Below are positions 54,101 to 64,000 of a stretch of DNA of 64,000 bases, one piece after another. The translations under genes and the position numbers were made by a program. Source of the DNA: Antedon mediterranea (taxonomy: Eukaryota; Animalia; Echinodermata); contig NC_092675.1 in NCBI RefSeq assembly GCF_964355755.1, positions 11,589,812-11,653,811 of the forward strand, given 5' to 3'. The stretch's first letter is position 1. Each line of letters opens with the position of its first letter. The notes under the pieces are model-generated. The model made no database searches. It had not been told where the DNA came from and saw nothing but the letters and a program-made list of their open reading frames with translations.

Positions 54101-54606
54101 TGTTGTCCTTTGGCAGGGGGTTACTCAAGTCCAACTGTTTTCGAGACATGCTACCTCCTTGCCGCGGGCAGAAGAGAACCCTTAGGTCTAATACAACTAG
54201 TACCGGAAGTCTCCTTCCCCCCAGGTGTAAAACTGAACGATACCAAAGGTCTGCCATACCTACGATTGTTAAGTTCATTAATGCTAACTGATATAGGTTT
54301 GATTTCCATGATTATTTCTCACTTTCTAGATGCCGTTTCGACCTTTTATTATAATAATTTTAATAATGTATATATTAATAATAATCTTAAATAATAATAA
54401 TAATAATGACGTGCTCAATTTTATGAACGAATAATATTGTATTTTGTGTTTTATAATATATAGTTATTTTTCTATGCTGTTTGTAATTGTGCCTCTTTTA
54501 CTTTTAATTATATATGTATATTGATTGTAAACAAACGTTATCAGCCAATGGCTGCTGTTTTGTATGTGTTTTTAAACCTAAATAAATAAATAAATAAATA
54601 AATAAA
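51138..54606 (+). mobile_element. Apparently full-length single-ORF non-LTR retrotransposon (CR1/L2 group, Daphne/Crack-like)
   Basis: Short 5' UTR, intact ORF, 3' UTR and (TAAA)n tail; possible TSD ATTAT. Confidence 0.85.
51346..54291 (+). CDS. APE endonuclease plus reverse transcriptase (~981 aa from the ATG at 51346)
   Basis: NARS, ITETW, GGGVAIY, GDFN, SDH (APE); LRPISLT, DFTKAFD, GVPQGTKLGP, YVDD, LLGV (RT); no stops. Confidence 0.95.
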   Translation: MRYTRTRLVELNTGKSSREPPDSTLECLTACNVPRRLLNNTCRRGKRGGRKLRRKIPVIVSSRSEPTITSRPTAIARENLVTIETVHIPRASDVCPRIYLANARSIKNKLDEFELTLNKNKIDVAVITETWLNVNTENIAEIPKFVSCAKNRYNKKGGGVAIYAGNEIHIDPVIGHADCCFECLWVKATLPRRCKQGHHFYFGGIYFPPSAPAGDSLIEHIIETIDTIRSVDSYAPIFVLGDFNQLNTDDIETRVGFSQVVNFPTRKGAILDKVFMNYPDIYTAPKRLAPLGRSDHNAILIHPKTEVPRNMCHKIKTQPYRDSSVRCFGQWVTAYEWDNVYNIVDAESKTDEFISLLNGAYSDKFPVITKRVREADRPWMTSKVRNLLDARQKSYEKHGKTQEWRNLRNMVQAGIREAKQSYYRNSLKNLKSNNAAKWHKGIKQLCNMKKHTTFSMPGHSDEDIAENINNHFSSICNKLTPLDIKKLPAYLPANDKPPYIFVGQVKALLSKLVPIKAGHPEDLPARLIRDFAPELAPPIADIFNCALKEGTFPSAWKKATAIPIPKVNSVKSLNNLRPISLTPILARVFESFLVKWIVEDINISLDSRQFGSRKKSSTSHYLISLIDSVLKDLECGGTYVNLCAIDFTKAFDLVDHSILIKKLIDIGVRSSIIPTICSFLTDRTMNTKYTGCTSTSSKITCGVPQGTKLGPVLFLVLINDACVGSCRRWKYVDDLTLGEVVSKGARPTMQEMLNDVNDWCRKNNMIPKPSKCHIMTVNFLKDISVDAASPIFNLNGSNLDVVEHMRLLGVIIQSNLKWDLNTQDIVSRASRRLFALCILKKVNVVLDDLITVYTSYIRPILEYACQVWHGAITKKMANSIETIQKRACRIMLGATYISYDNALEVTGLPSLEARRDTLVLSFGRGLLKSNCFRDMLPPCRGQKRTLRSNTTSTGSLLPPRCKTERYQRSAIPTIVKFINAN

Positions 54607-54681
54607 ATTATAAATAGCCAATATTGTCATTATTAATAATAATTATGCGTGAATAAAACAGTACATTCATTCGTGACCTAC

Positions 54682-55249
54682 CTGCATTTCGTAAATCCTG
54701 ATTTGCTTTCGATCTTGGAGAGTCAGTACTACTCATGGACGAGTCATGACTGGTAGATGGGATGCAATTCTTATTTACTTTCTTCAGAGCTCTTTCATAG
54801 CGCTTGTTTATGGTTTTTTTTTGTCTGGTCATTTTCTGTAACTCCAGATTTAATTTTTCGATGCGACGATGGGCTCGACTTAGTGCTCTGCCAACACGTT
54901 TTCGAGTAGAAATACGTCTCTTAAACGACATCTTGATGCGTAGAGGAGAAGTTGGTGAAACCACATCGGAAGATATGGCTGAATCATCATTACTACTACT
55001 AGGTTCGTCAGCTTCTTCTGGGTGTTGTACTTGTAGTTGGGCTTGAACTTGCTTCACGTACCTTTGATGTTTCTGTACTCTTCTTTTCACCGTCGCTCTC
55101 CGTGCATTTCTATCTTTTGTTGTAAGTTCTGCTGACGGAACATAGTATTTCATTACACGTCTTGCTTCTGCTTGCAAGTACTCTGCTCCTCGCTTCTCTT
55201 TTTGTCGTTCCCGATAAGCTGCCTGAATCTCGGCTCGTGACTTTACCAT
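54682..55249 (-). CDS. Sola2-like transposase, exon 1 (basic/coiled-coil N-terminus)
   Basis: MVKSRAEIQAAYRER...; donor gcag|gtaggt joins in phase 1 to exon 2 giving N-A-G-M-S-P-R; spliced product ~834 aa. Confidence 0.8.
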
Positions 55250-58200
55250 TATCACCAGTGTCACCTAGTGTTTAACAAAATGTATTAGTATTAAATCGAA
55301 ATAAACAAATATTAAATTATATTTTTACATTTTAAATAACCATAATGTAAAGAAATACATTGACTTTGTATGTAGTAAATTATGTAACTTACGTTACCAT
55401 GAACAATACTATTAACACTTGTGAGTATTGATATTACAAAGACACAAGATGTATCCAGGTACATGACATACGTTTGACAATGAATATTCATAAACATATA
55501 TACACAGATATTATCTTAATATCATTGCTATGTTCGGTAATGTTACAACAACATAGACATACAACATCAATGTAAAACTTACGTTACCATAGTATCAAGG
55601 GCAAAGAAACTTCCCATAAAATAATCCTAAATAAAATCAACTCCGGTTGGAGGTAATGTTCATTATTGCCTGTATAATATAACTTAAATTATTTGAATAT
55701 ACTGAGTAGAAAAAAAAACACGACGTCTTAGAAATGAGGTATATAAAATGGTAACCTACGTTACATGTAGTGTAATTTACGTTACGTTGTTGGCTATGCT
55801 AGCTTACTAGTGTAAATTGTACAATGTAATAACATACTTGCATATCTGTCTAATTTCATAAATTATAAACATTAGGAAAGTTGTTCTAAATGATCTTTAG
55901 TGAATTAAGCATTTGAATACTTACTAAAATATACTCGAAAATCTGATATATGACGAATAAACTATGAAATTGTGAAGACGTATTTATAAAAACGTGGTCA
56001 AAATTGCCGCTGTCTGCCGAATCACGTGGTTAAAACTTTTTATTGTGTCAGAGGGCGTTTTCTTGATCATAAGGATATCTGTATCCCTTAGAAATGTCCA
56101 CAATATTAAAACTCATCAGTAACAATATATATGGTAACGTAAGTTACCATAACGTAAATTTCAAATGAACTTCAAAGGCTCAAATAATTAAATCTTAAAA
56201 CAACAACAAAATAATCAGTTTAAAATTAAACCTGACGTAACTAATCTTATAAATTATTTTAACATGTGTGTACACAAACCGGATCCTAAGAAGAAATGGG
56301 GTAACGTAGGTTACATCGCTTAACCAATCGTTTTTCATTAACACTTTCCAGGCAATTTTATAACGTATTTACATTATATTTCATCCGCGCAAGCAATATA
56401 ATCGTTATCAAGAGTACAAATCACATATAATACGAAGAAAAAACACTTTTATAGGTAATTATTAATTGATATTTAATGCATTTTTAAAGTCTGTAACGTA
56501 AGTTACGTCATTTGTGCGACATATTTAATTGAAGAATTTTTTAAAATAAAACTAATTTTGTGTCAAAATTTCACTTACATGCGTTAAACATATAGGTAAG
56601 GCTCCAAAATATACAGTATTTACAATGATAAATGGGATTATATTTAATTTTTAGACTAGTGAATATTATGAAATTGGCCGGCGACAGGCGGTTTTGTGTC
56701 ATATCATGAAGTTTAAAGTGACATTATTTTTTAAGGGCAAGGATTTTCAAAATGAAACTTGGCCAATACAAAGAATAACGTTTCCTGTACCGTCATAACG
56801 CTTTAAAACACACTTTTAGTGCATAGTTTTATATATATAACACAGTAATTATAGGCGACATTGGTTTTTCATATTCGTGTTGGTATAGTGAGCCTGAGCC
56901 TTGAGTCCGTAGGTGTAGAAGTTATCCATGCACCGGGTGATGCTGATGTTCTCATAGCAACTACTGCTATTAATGCTGCCAAGAATAAATCAGTCACACT
57001 CATAGGAGAGGATACAGACCTTCTTATCCTCCTTTTGCATCACACCCGTCTAAGCTTGAATAGGATAATTTTTAGATCCGACAAAGCATCAGCTACAAAA
57101 GCGACAGATATCATCCCCTTAAAGAAAGCACTTGGATCTAACCTTTGTTCAAAGCTCCTGTTTTGTCATGCCCTTACAGGATGCGATACGACCTCAAGAA
57201 TATATGGCGTTGGAAAGAAGGCAGCTTTTAAAAAGCTGCTTGGTGATGATAAAGTTCTAAGCTCTTGTGCCAAAGTCTTCACATCCAATTGTCAAACTAA
57301 GAAAAAGATTGAAGAATATGGTCGGAAAGCGATGGTGGCTCTCTTTGGAGGAAGTAGCAGTGAAACATTATTAAGTTCGAGGAGGAGAATTTTTAACAAG
57401 AAGGTTGCTGGTTCCAAATCATTTGTTGGGCCTGAAAGACTACCACCTACTGATTGTGCAACCGATTTTCATAGTCAAAGGGTATATTTGCAGATTATGA
57501 CATGGTCTATGAATGATACAGATATGGTGTTATCGGAGTGGGGATGGAAGGAGGAAGACAACCGCCTAGTTCCACAAATGACCGAGGATGCTGCACCACC
57601 TCATCTGCTCAAAATGATAATTGCAATTGTAAGACTGGATGCGGTACACCTCGATGTGGCTGCAGACGATATGGCCTACAGTGTACATCTACATGTGGAT
57701 CATGCCAGCTAGAAGGATGCGAAAATTGCCCAATAATTGACATCGAAGGCGACATTGAAGATGATGAAAGTGATGACGAGTAGTGTATCCAACTGATGGT
57801 GTTAGAGGATGATAAGTAAATTCTCCAAATAGTATGTATGCAATTATCTGTTATATTTTAATGTACACTGTGTAAAAGAGAGCGATACAATTTCAATTTT
57901 AAATGTGGAATAAAATGCTTTAGTAAATGGATGGTAACCACTGCCACTGGCCATACTGCTGTTTGATTGTAATGGTTTATGATCAAAACATCATCATGTG
58001 ATGGTAAATTATCATTTCAAAAGCAGTTACTATTATAGTAAGTCATTACAATCTTATATAGTTAAATACTATTGTTAAACATTATTTATAGTATTTTATT
58101 CATTATTTGTATTTTCCTTAGTTACGGTTGCTAGGGTAATGCCATATTTATAAAATATTATCATCAATATGATTGCACATGAACAAACAATGCACATGCA

Positions 58201-58794
58201 CATTTTGAATAAGATTGATAGACCTGAAAACATTAAATTTTATTTTATTAATTATTTTATTTTATTTATTTATTTGTTATTGTTACCATGGCAACCACAT
58301 TCCTATTCCAGTGGCAATATGTTGTGTTGATATAAGGAGATCTCTCAGTACATAATTCATCAGTTTTAACATTTCAAACACAATATAACTATTTTTTATT
58401 AATTATTTTAATTTTCCTTAGTTACGCATAGCAACGGTTGCTATGGTAACATGATTATTGATAAATAAGATGATCAATGGAATTCACTTTAGTTTGATGT
58501 AATTTACATGTTTTTTTATACGAGTAGTTTTAAAAAACCTATTTCTTTTTAAATTCACCCGTTTGTTTTTAGCGTTGCTGTTCTATTATTATTCAAATGA
58601 ATCTATTGTTAGTTGATAATTATTTTGTTAGTACCAGCGTGTCGTGTCCTTCCTTATTTCATTCTGTACATAGGTATATACTTACATTACAGAACATGCC
58701 TATTGATTTTCAGGAAAATTGATATATTGGTCATGTCACAAAAGCTTATCTTCCGTACGATATATTAAATAGCACGCATTCTGTCTTCTTTTAA

Positions 58795-61534
58795 AGTTGT
58801 ATTGTCCCCCAAAACATGAAAAGTAAAGATGAAAAAAATAAAATTTTCAATAGACCATTTTGTAGTTATAAAAAAGTTATTCACTTTCGCCGAGAAAAAA
58901 TCCGAAAAAAATATTGATTTCGCTTATAAAAAATCAAAATAAGTTGACCATTTTTTCGAACTCATCAGCTCAGAAATTCCTAGATAACGAAGGTTTGCTA
59001 ACAACTCATAAATATGCATGATATGTTAATGAGCATTCAAACAGAGGAGATCCGATCTGTTATCTTTCACCACATAATAAACAAGCATGTGCGACGAACA
59101 GAAGAAAGTGCTGGGGTTTCCATGATCGTATGATGTAAAAAGCTCTGCCGTTAATTTGCCGGTATACAGAATTTTATTTTAGATGAATGACACATCCTCC
59201 TACTGTATAATAGTTATATATTGTTTTTGTCTTATAGTTATAGGCAATTAGCTATCTAGGCTAGGCTATTAATATAAGCCTAGCGGCAGCTGTGTGTAGA
59301 CAGGAACCCACTTAGAGGCCTAGCTAGGTCCTTCCCTATTTATCGTACTCACCTAGCTACTGTAGGCCATCACTCCACAACTAGCTACAGAAAATAGGCC
59401 TACTTTGTTGCTTTACCATTGATATACATTTGGAGCTAGAATTAATTTTAATTGTTTAACTGATGACAAAAAACCGTACATTTGGAAAATGATCAGGATA
59501 CAGTACCAAAGAAGTTGACGGTAGAATAGATTGTTGTTGATATCAACCAAAACGAAAACACTAGTAGTAATTAGACTGGGCCTAGGACTTTGATGGAAGA
59601 GATGCACTTTTCAGGAATTTACTACTGTACATTAGTAATAGTACCCAAAATTGAAAACTTCAGATTCTCATGTACAGAAATAATAATTATATGTATGCTA
59701 TAAATTGTAAAATATTCAACTTTTCTATTTGACTTTTGTATTTATACATTATTGTTTTTGAATTTATAGACTTAAGCTAATAAAGACTGGAACAGAAGTT
59801 ATACCCATACTGTATAAAGGCAACTGGTGGTAGACTCGGTAGTGGAACACAAGCTAAATATTAGATGATTATCATAAAGCATTTGGCAAATGTGTTGGTT
59901 GTTTTCCAGCTTTTAAAATGTTGTATAATTTTCATAATAAAAGCAATAATAATTGTATAAATTATTTTGCAAACATAGCAATAGCATTAAATAAATTAAA
60001 AAAATAGTACTACAGTACATGAGATAAAATCTCCATAATTCACATAATTTTAATGTGTGAAGATTTACAGTACAGTACAGTAAAAAATGAGTTAATTACT
60101 AGTATATTTCATTGAATTTCTGCATTATTGTTGACAATTTATTTTCAACTATTAATTGATGTGTTGATTGTGGCATTACAGCAATAGCTTGTCTTCTGTG
60201 ATTGTTCATCCATTTTAAAGTGTCATAGTAAGAAACGTTCAAATAAATATTGTGAATGTTGCTACCACATTTTGTGTTGATTTCTTCACCATTTTCCACT
60301 ACTTACTCATATAGTTCATTCAATTAGTGTGTTAATACCTATTAAAAGAAAGACATTTTTTCTATTACAATATTATACATAAAAAATTTAATTGTGTGAA
60401 TATTGCATTTTCAACATATCAGTACTAAGTACTGTAAAGTACACATTCCAAAAAAATATTTAACTTAGATTATTGGTCATTTTCTCTACTACTAAAATAA
60501 TTACATTATTGGATGTACAGTACAGTTACAATTTTCACAAATTTAAATTAGCATTAAAATCTAATTAATCACATGAAAAACCAAGCACCATAATCTCTCC
60601 TGGCCCTGCTGGTGACCTTACTTTTTAATTTTTGGCAGCCATTTACAAGTTTTCGCTTTTTGGGTTTCACCGCTCTTATAATTTGTTTTAATCACAAACT
60701 GTGTACATAGAAAAGAAAAGAGAATTAAATGTTCTGAAATGAAGGAAAAGTGATATGAATAATGATGAAGGACTATTATTATAGTATTATACTAAAAATA
60801 AGACGAGGTGGTAGTGTTAAAATTCACTCTACTAAAACCTTATTCTTTACTCCATGCTTCACAGATGAATGTAATGTTGTCTGGCCTAATCCTATTTAAA
60901 GCTAGGTGGCAATAACCATTAATAAGGCTTACGAGTCGTATTCTATTAGTATTAGCCAGGCCAACTACTACTCACTCAGACAGTGACTACTAAACTAGCT
61001 ACTACTTTCTAGGTCTACTCTAGGCCTAGCCAATAGACACAAGCCAGTACAGCAGCTTTACTGGGCTAGCTAGGCTTCCTATAGGCCTACTAACTAACAA
61101 AGCTGCACCATAGAAACTACAGTTCTTACTTACCAATCTGCTAGGGCCTAGCAATAGTCTTTTCTTCAAGATAGGAGTTGTTTTTTGTTGTTTTATAACT
61201 ACAGAACTTTCCCACATCGTCGTCTCGCCATATCACGTCGTATTTTTGTTGTGATGACCTAGAGGTCACATACACGCACAGAATCATACAATTATTATGC
61301 ATAATTCATAAGCTAATTCAGTTCAAGGGTTAAATTAAACCGGAAGCCAGTTGGCTGCCAGCCAACCGACTTCCGGTTGATAATTTTTTACTTTAAATTA
61401 CGATTTTCTCAGGTAACAAATTTTTTTTTCCCATCCAATTTGAGGTCAAAGTAAATAACTTTCATGTGACATTAAAATGGCCTATTCAATAATTTTTTTT
61501 TCAAAAAAATCTTTTTCAGGGGGACAATACATCT
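58795..61534. mobile_element. Kolobok-like non-autonomous/decayed DNA transposon
   Basis: TTAA|agttgtattgtcccc ... ggggacaatacatct|TTAA; imperfect inverted similarity for ~100 bp or more; coding-like remnants on - (~60100-60300). Confidence 0.75.
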
Positions 61535-61573
61535 TTAACATGGACATATTCTTTGATATGGACCAACATTTTA

Positions 61574-61660
61574 GTCGACTGGTCGAGCGGTTAAGCTTAC
61601 TCCATGGGTTAAGGCAGGGGCGCCGAAAATCGGCACAGGTTCAAGACACTCCTTAACTCC
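61574..61660 (+). mobile_element. Degenerate tRNA-derived SINE head
   Basis: tggtcgagcggttaag A box; ggttcaagac B box. Confidence 0.45.
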
Positions 61661-62343
61661 TGGTCAATCTTGATTTTAGAAAGGTCATTGTTGTAATGAC
61701 GGAGTTTGTTTGTATAAAAAATTATTCAAACAAATTATTAACCCCAGCAGATGTAAAGCTAATACATAAAGCAACAAATTTATCTTTCAACATGCTCCCA
61801 ATCAGTGGATATATATTTTGCCAAGTACTTCACTCAGTTTCTGAGTGCTTTCGTTTATGTAATTAAAATCATCGATTTTTAATTGTTAGGGAGTTATAAA
61901 GTATAATTGTTTTAGAAACAATTAGTGAACCAATTAACTTGAACCATGTACATATTATGTTCTACTTCATTATAACAAGATTCCATGACGTCTATAACCG
62001 TGCTGATCTGTCTCGCTAGTCAGTAATCATGGGGACCCAATTGTTTTTGCATATATAAATGCAGTACAACTGCTACCCTATCAATAATGTAATCGTCAAT
62101 TGGTAAACAAAGTCTGTAGTGCAATCATAGGTGCATGACGATGAATGACTTTGCGACGATCACCTAATGACGAACAACTTGAGGACGAACGACTTGAGAA
62201 CGAACGACTTTGAGGACGAACGACTTAATGATGAACGACTTGGGGACGAATTTTGAAATTGATTTGTACCACCACTGATTTGTATAATATTTTCAACATT
62301 TATTTATTGCCAATTTTTGTTGGCTTCCTTTTTTCTTCTCCAG

Positions 62344-62459
62344 GAAATATTTGAATTGAAGCGATCAGGACCTAAGAGTAAAGTTAGAGCAGAAAGTTTG
62401 TTTTCTTATGATACAGATTTAATTGAAAATCGAAGTGCTATAATCAACGCAGCAGTCAG
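62344..62459 (+). CDS. PREB: PREB/SEC12 coding exon 2: EIFELKRSGPKSKVRAESLFSYDTDLIENRSAIINAAV
   Basis: Strong polypyrimidine acceptor ttttcttctccag and donor gtatgc; phase 0 matches exon 1. Resembles the Sec12 segment after the K-loop (human LSASLLHSHDT..RATMN). Confidence 0.8.
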
Positions 62460-62519
62460 GTATGCGTGATACATATAATTTAAAATATTATTTGTACAAT
62501 GCTTCTTTTATTTGTTTTT

Positions 62520-62760
62520 AGTCTTCAGGGACATGGCCAAGGATTAGCAATAGTGAATTAATCACTGTCCTATCAGGTAGGTGGTAATCCCTCTGACACG
62601 GGGATTTTTTTATGAACCAGTTCACCTGTGTAACCCCTACTCGTCTCAAATAATGAACTGAGTTTTTTAAAGTCCACACAGGCAAACCGTATACACTGGA
62701 CCTACGGTTTATAGTCCTTAAATGAGAAGACTTTTTCCATCACTAGATGAATGAGTTGTC
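62520..62760 (-). mobile_element. SINE remnant (Meta-domain-like)
   Basis: Reverse complement agtcttctc...aaggactataaaccgtaggtcc. Confidence 0.5.
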
Positions 62761-63341
62761 CTAGAACCCTAGCTATGAAAAAGAACCAATTTCCACCAGC
62801 AATTTTGTTTACCAACACAGATACAGGTACAGTACCATCCAGAAAACATGTACCATACCCATGCAGTTTTTCTGCAGACAAAATTTGGACAAAACGCTGT
62901 TAATTTAGTAATGATAGGACAGCATTCACTCACTCAAATGTTACGGCATTGAGTAATTCATTTTTCTGGTGAACTGTTTATAAATGGGCTTTTATTTTGA
63001 ACCTCTGGAATGACGTTTCATCAACAAGACAAAAAGGCCTGTCATTATTACGAAACAATAACTATGTGTTTTTAATTTAAAACGAATCTGTTTGATATTC
63101 ATTGAATTGTCTTTTCCTGTGTTTTTTGCCATGTGTGATCTGATAATTTAATCGGCAAAGTAACTGATTGTGATATTAAATTACATTTCCAATTGAAACA
63201 CATCGCAGCTTGAAGTATCAAATTATTATTATTTTTTTTTTGATGAAGTTTCTTTTTTTCTAAGCCAAAAAAAGTATTGTTACATACCACTACAGTTTCA
63301 ACCTTTCATCGCCGGTAATCGTCAGGTGAATGAGCTAGCCG

Positions 63342-63631
63342 AAGCTAGTTCGAATCATCGGTAAGCATTCTCCGATGACGTGCGCCCTCTGTGGTGTTAA
63401 GAAGTCTTCTCCGGGTTCTCTCTGTTGGTGTAGAAGGTCATCATAGATATGTGACGGCTCGTATGCTCCTACGTCTCTATTCATGGTGTGCTTCTTTCTT
63501 CTGATCCAAATGGCCTATATGATGACCTTCTACACCAACAGAGAGAACCCGGGGCCCCCCGTAGAAGACTTCTTAACACCACAGAGGGCGCACGTCATCG
63601 GAGAATACCTACCGATGATACGAACTAGCTT
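63342..63631. mobile_element. Fold-back MITE (~105-bp inverted arms) downstream of PREB exon 2
   Basis: aagctagttcg...gaaggtcatcata / tatgatgaccttc...cgaactagctt. Confidence 0.8.
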
Positions 63632-63889
63632 AAGAATGATGTTTTATTTAATGATAAGAAATCTTTTTGTATGCGTTTCTGTCCTCGTACTTGCAAACTT
63701 AAGGTAATTCTATTACTAAACTTTTTGGTAAAAAACTTGTACTCTTATGTGTGATTGCAGTGATTAGGCCGACATTCAAAGTCAGTACAGATCTTTGTGT
63801 ATTAGAAGCAACTCACTCAATCGCAAATTTATGAAATGCTCTACCAATGTTCTACCAATGTCGGACTACTGTACCATACTAATTGCATC

Positions 63890-64000
63890 CTATAGGCAAG
63901 ATGCTTTACTCTCATTGCCTCGTCCTTCGGATGGGATGTAAAGCCGTTGGTCCTGTGTACTTAACAGTGCACGTTAAAGAACTTGGTACACTATTCGAAA
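63890..64000 (+). mobile_element. SINE fragment (Meta-domain-like), runs off the window
   Basis: gtccttcggatgggatgtaaagccgttggtcc...gcacgttaaagaac. Confidence 0.55.

Larger units (their letters stand above)
47440..56900 (-). mobile_element. Sola2-like DNA transposon, apparently complete
   Basis: TIR ggctcgggctcagtata / tatagtgagcctgagcc; 4-bp TSD TTGA. Removal rejoins Academ RFINMLGKELE-SVGVEVIHAPGDAD. Dispersed gtaacgtaagttac-like motifs in both subterminal regions. Confidence 0.85.
44376..57783 (+). pseudogene. Decayed multi-exon AcademX-type transposon protein (Zn finger, partial transposase, XPG-like nuclease, Cys8/CXC finger); split by Sola2 at 47440-56900
   Basis: DLHAADAIY...CY; AAGHFNYLRSA; DLAIEQTLMRSVK..GGLTRG; FDGGSL; VVFDGY; GDADVLI; GEDTDLLILL; HALTGCDTTS; LPPT....FH..RVY.Q; CNCKTGC...RCGC...GL.CT..C..C. 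Frameshifts present. Element termini (roughly 42240 and 58550) not resolved. Confidence 0.75.

Noticed and set aside
51351-55046. Antisense ORFs over the LINE and Sola2 coding regions
   Set aside because: Shadow frames of real ORFs, with no domains
42240-58982. Exact Academ termini, e.g. TAG at 42240 paired with CTA at 58982
   Set aside because: No matching TIR or TSD; 58982 falls inside the Kolobok-like element
61325-61340. piggyBac-like end (agggttaa)
   Set aside because: No partner ttaaccct terminus found nearby
38160-62250. Inverted pair ttgatagggtagc (~38298) and gctaccctatcaa (~62072), with aagtcgttcatc repeats, as TIRs of one 24-kb element
   Set aside because: The repeat arms lie outside the interval, so these are ends of two separate copies of one family

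Overview
AT-rich animal (probably marine invertebrate) genomic DNA, made almost entirely of nested transposable elements around one host gene. (1) 1-25.9 kb looks like a ~1.55-kb satellite. It is better explained as a stack of non-autonomous Helentron/HINE-like rolling-circle elements from three subfamilies, repeatedly inserted into each other's microsatellite. Their subfamily-specific 'bodies' and hairpin 'caps' pair up largely like nested brackets. A defective Gmr1-type Gypsy LTR element (PR-INT-RT-RH order, itself carrying a MITE) sits inside the cap stack. (2) 26-35.6 kb holds MITEs, minisatellite elements and a reciprocal Helitron-like/Harbinger nesting. (3) A host gene missed by the ORF track, PREB/SEC12, has exon 1 at 35627-35746 and exon 2 at 62344-62459. 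Its ~26.6-kb first intron holds a decayed RTE-X LINE, a decayed AcademX transposon, an apparently intact spliced Sola2-like transposon inside the Academ, an intact single-ORF CR1/L2-group LINE inside the Sola2 intron, a Kolobok-like element and SINEs. Family assignments come from recalled motifs, not database searches. Most short ORFs in the track are spurious.
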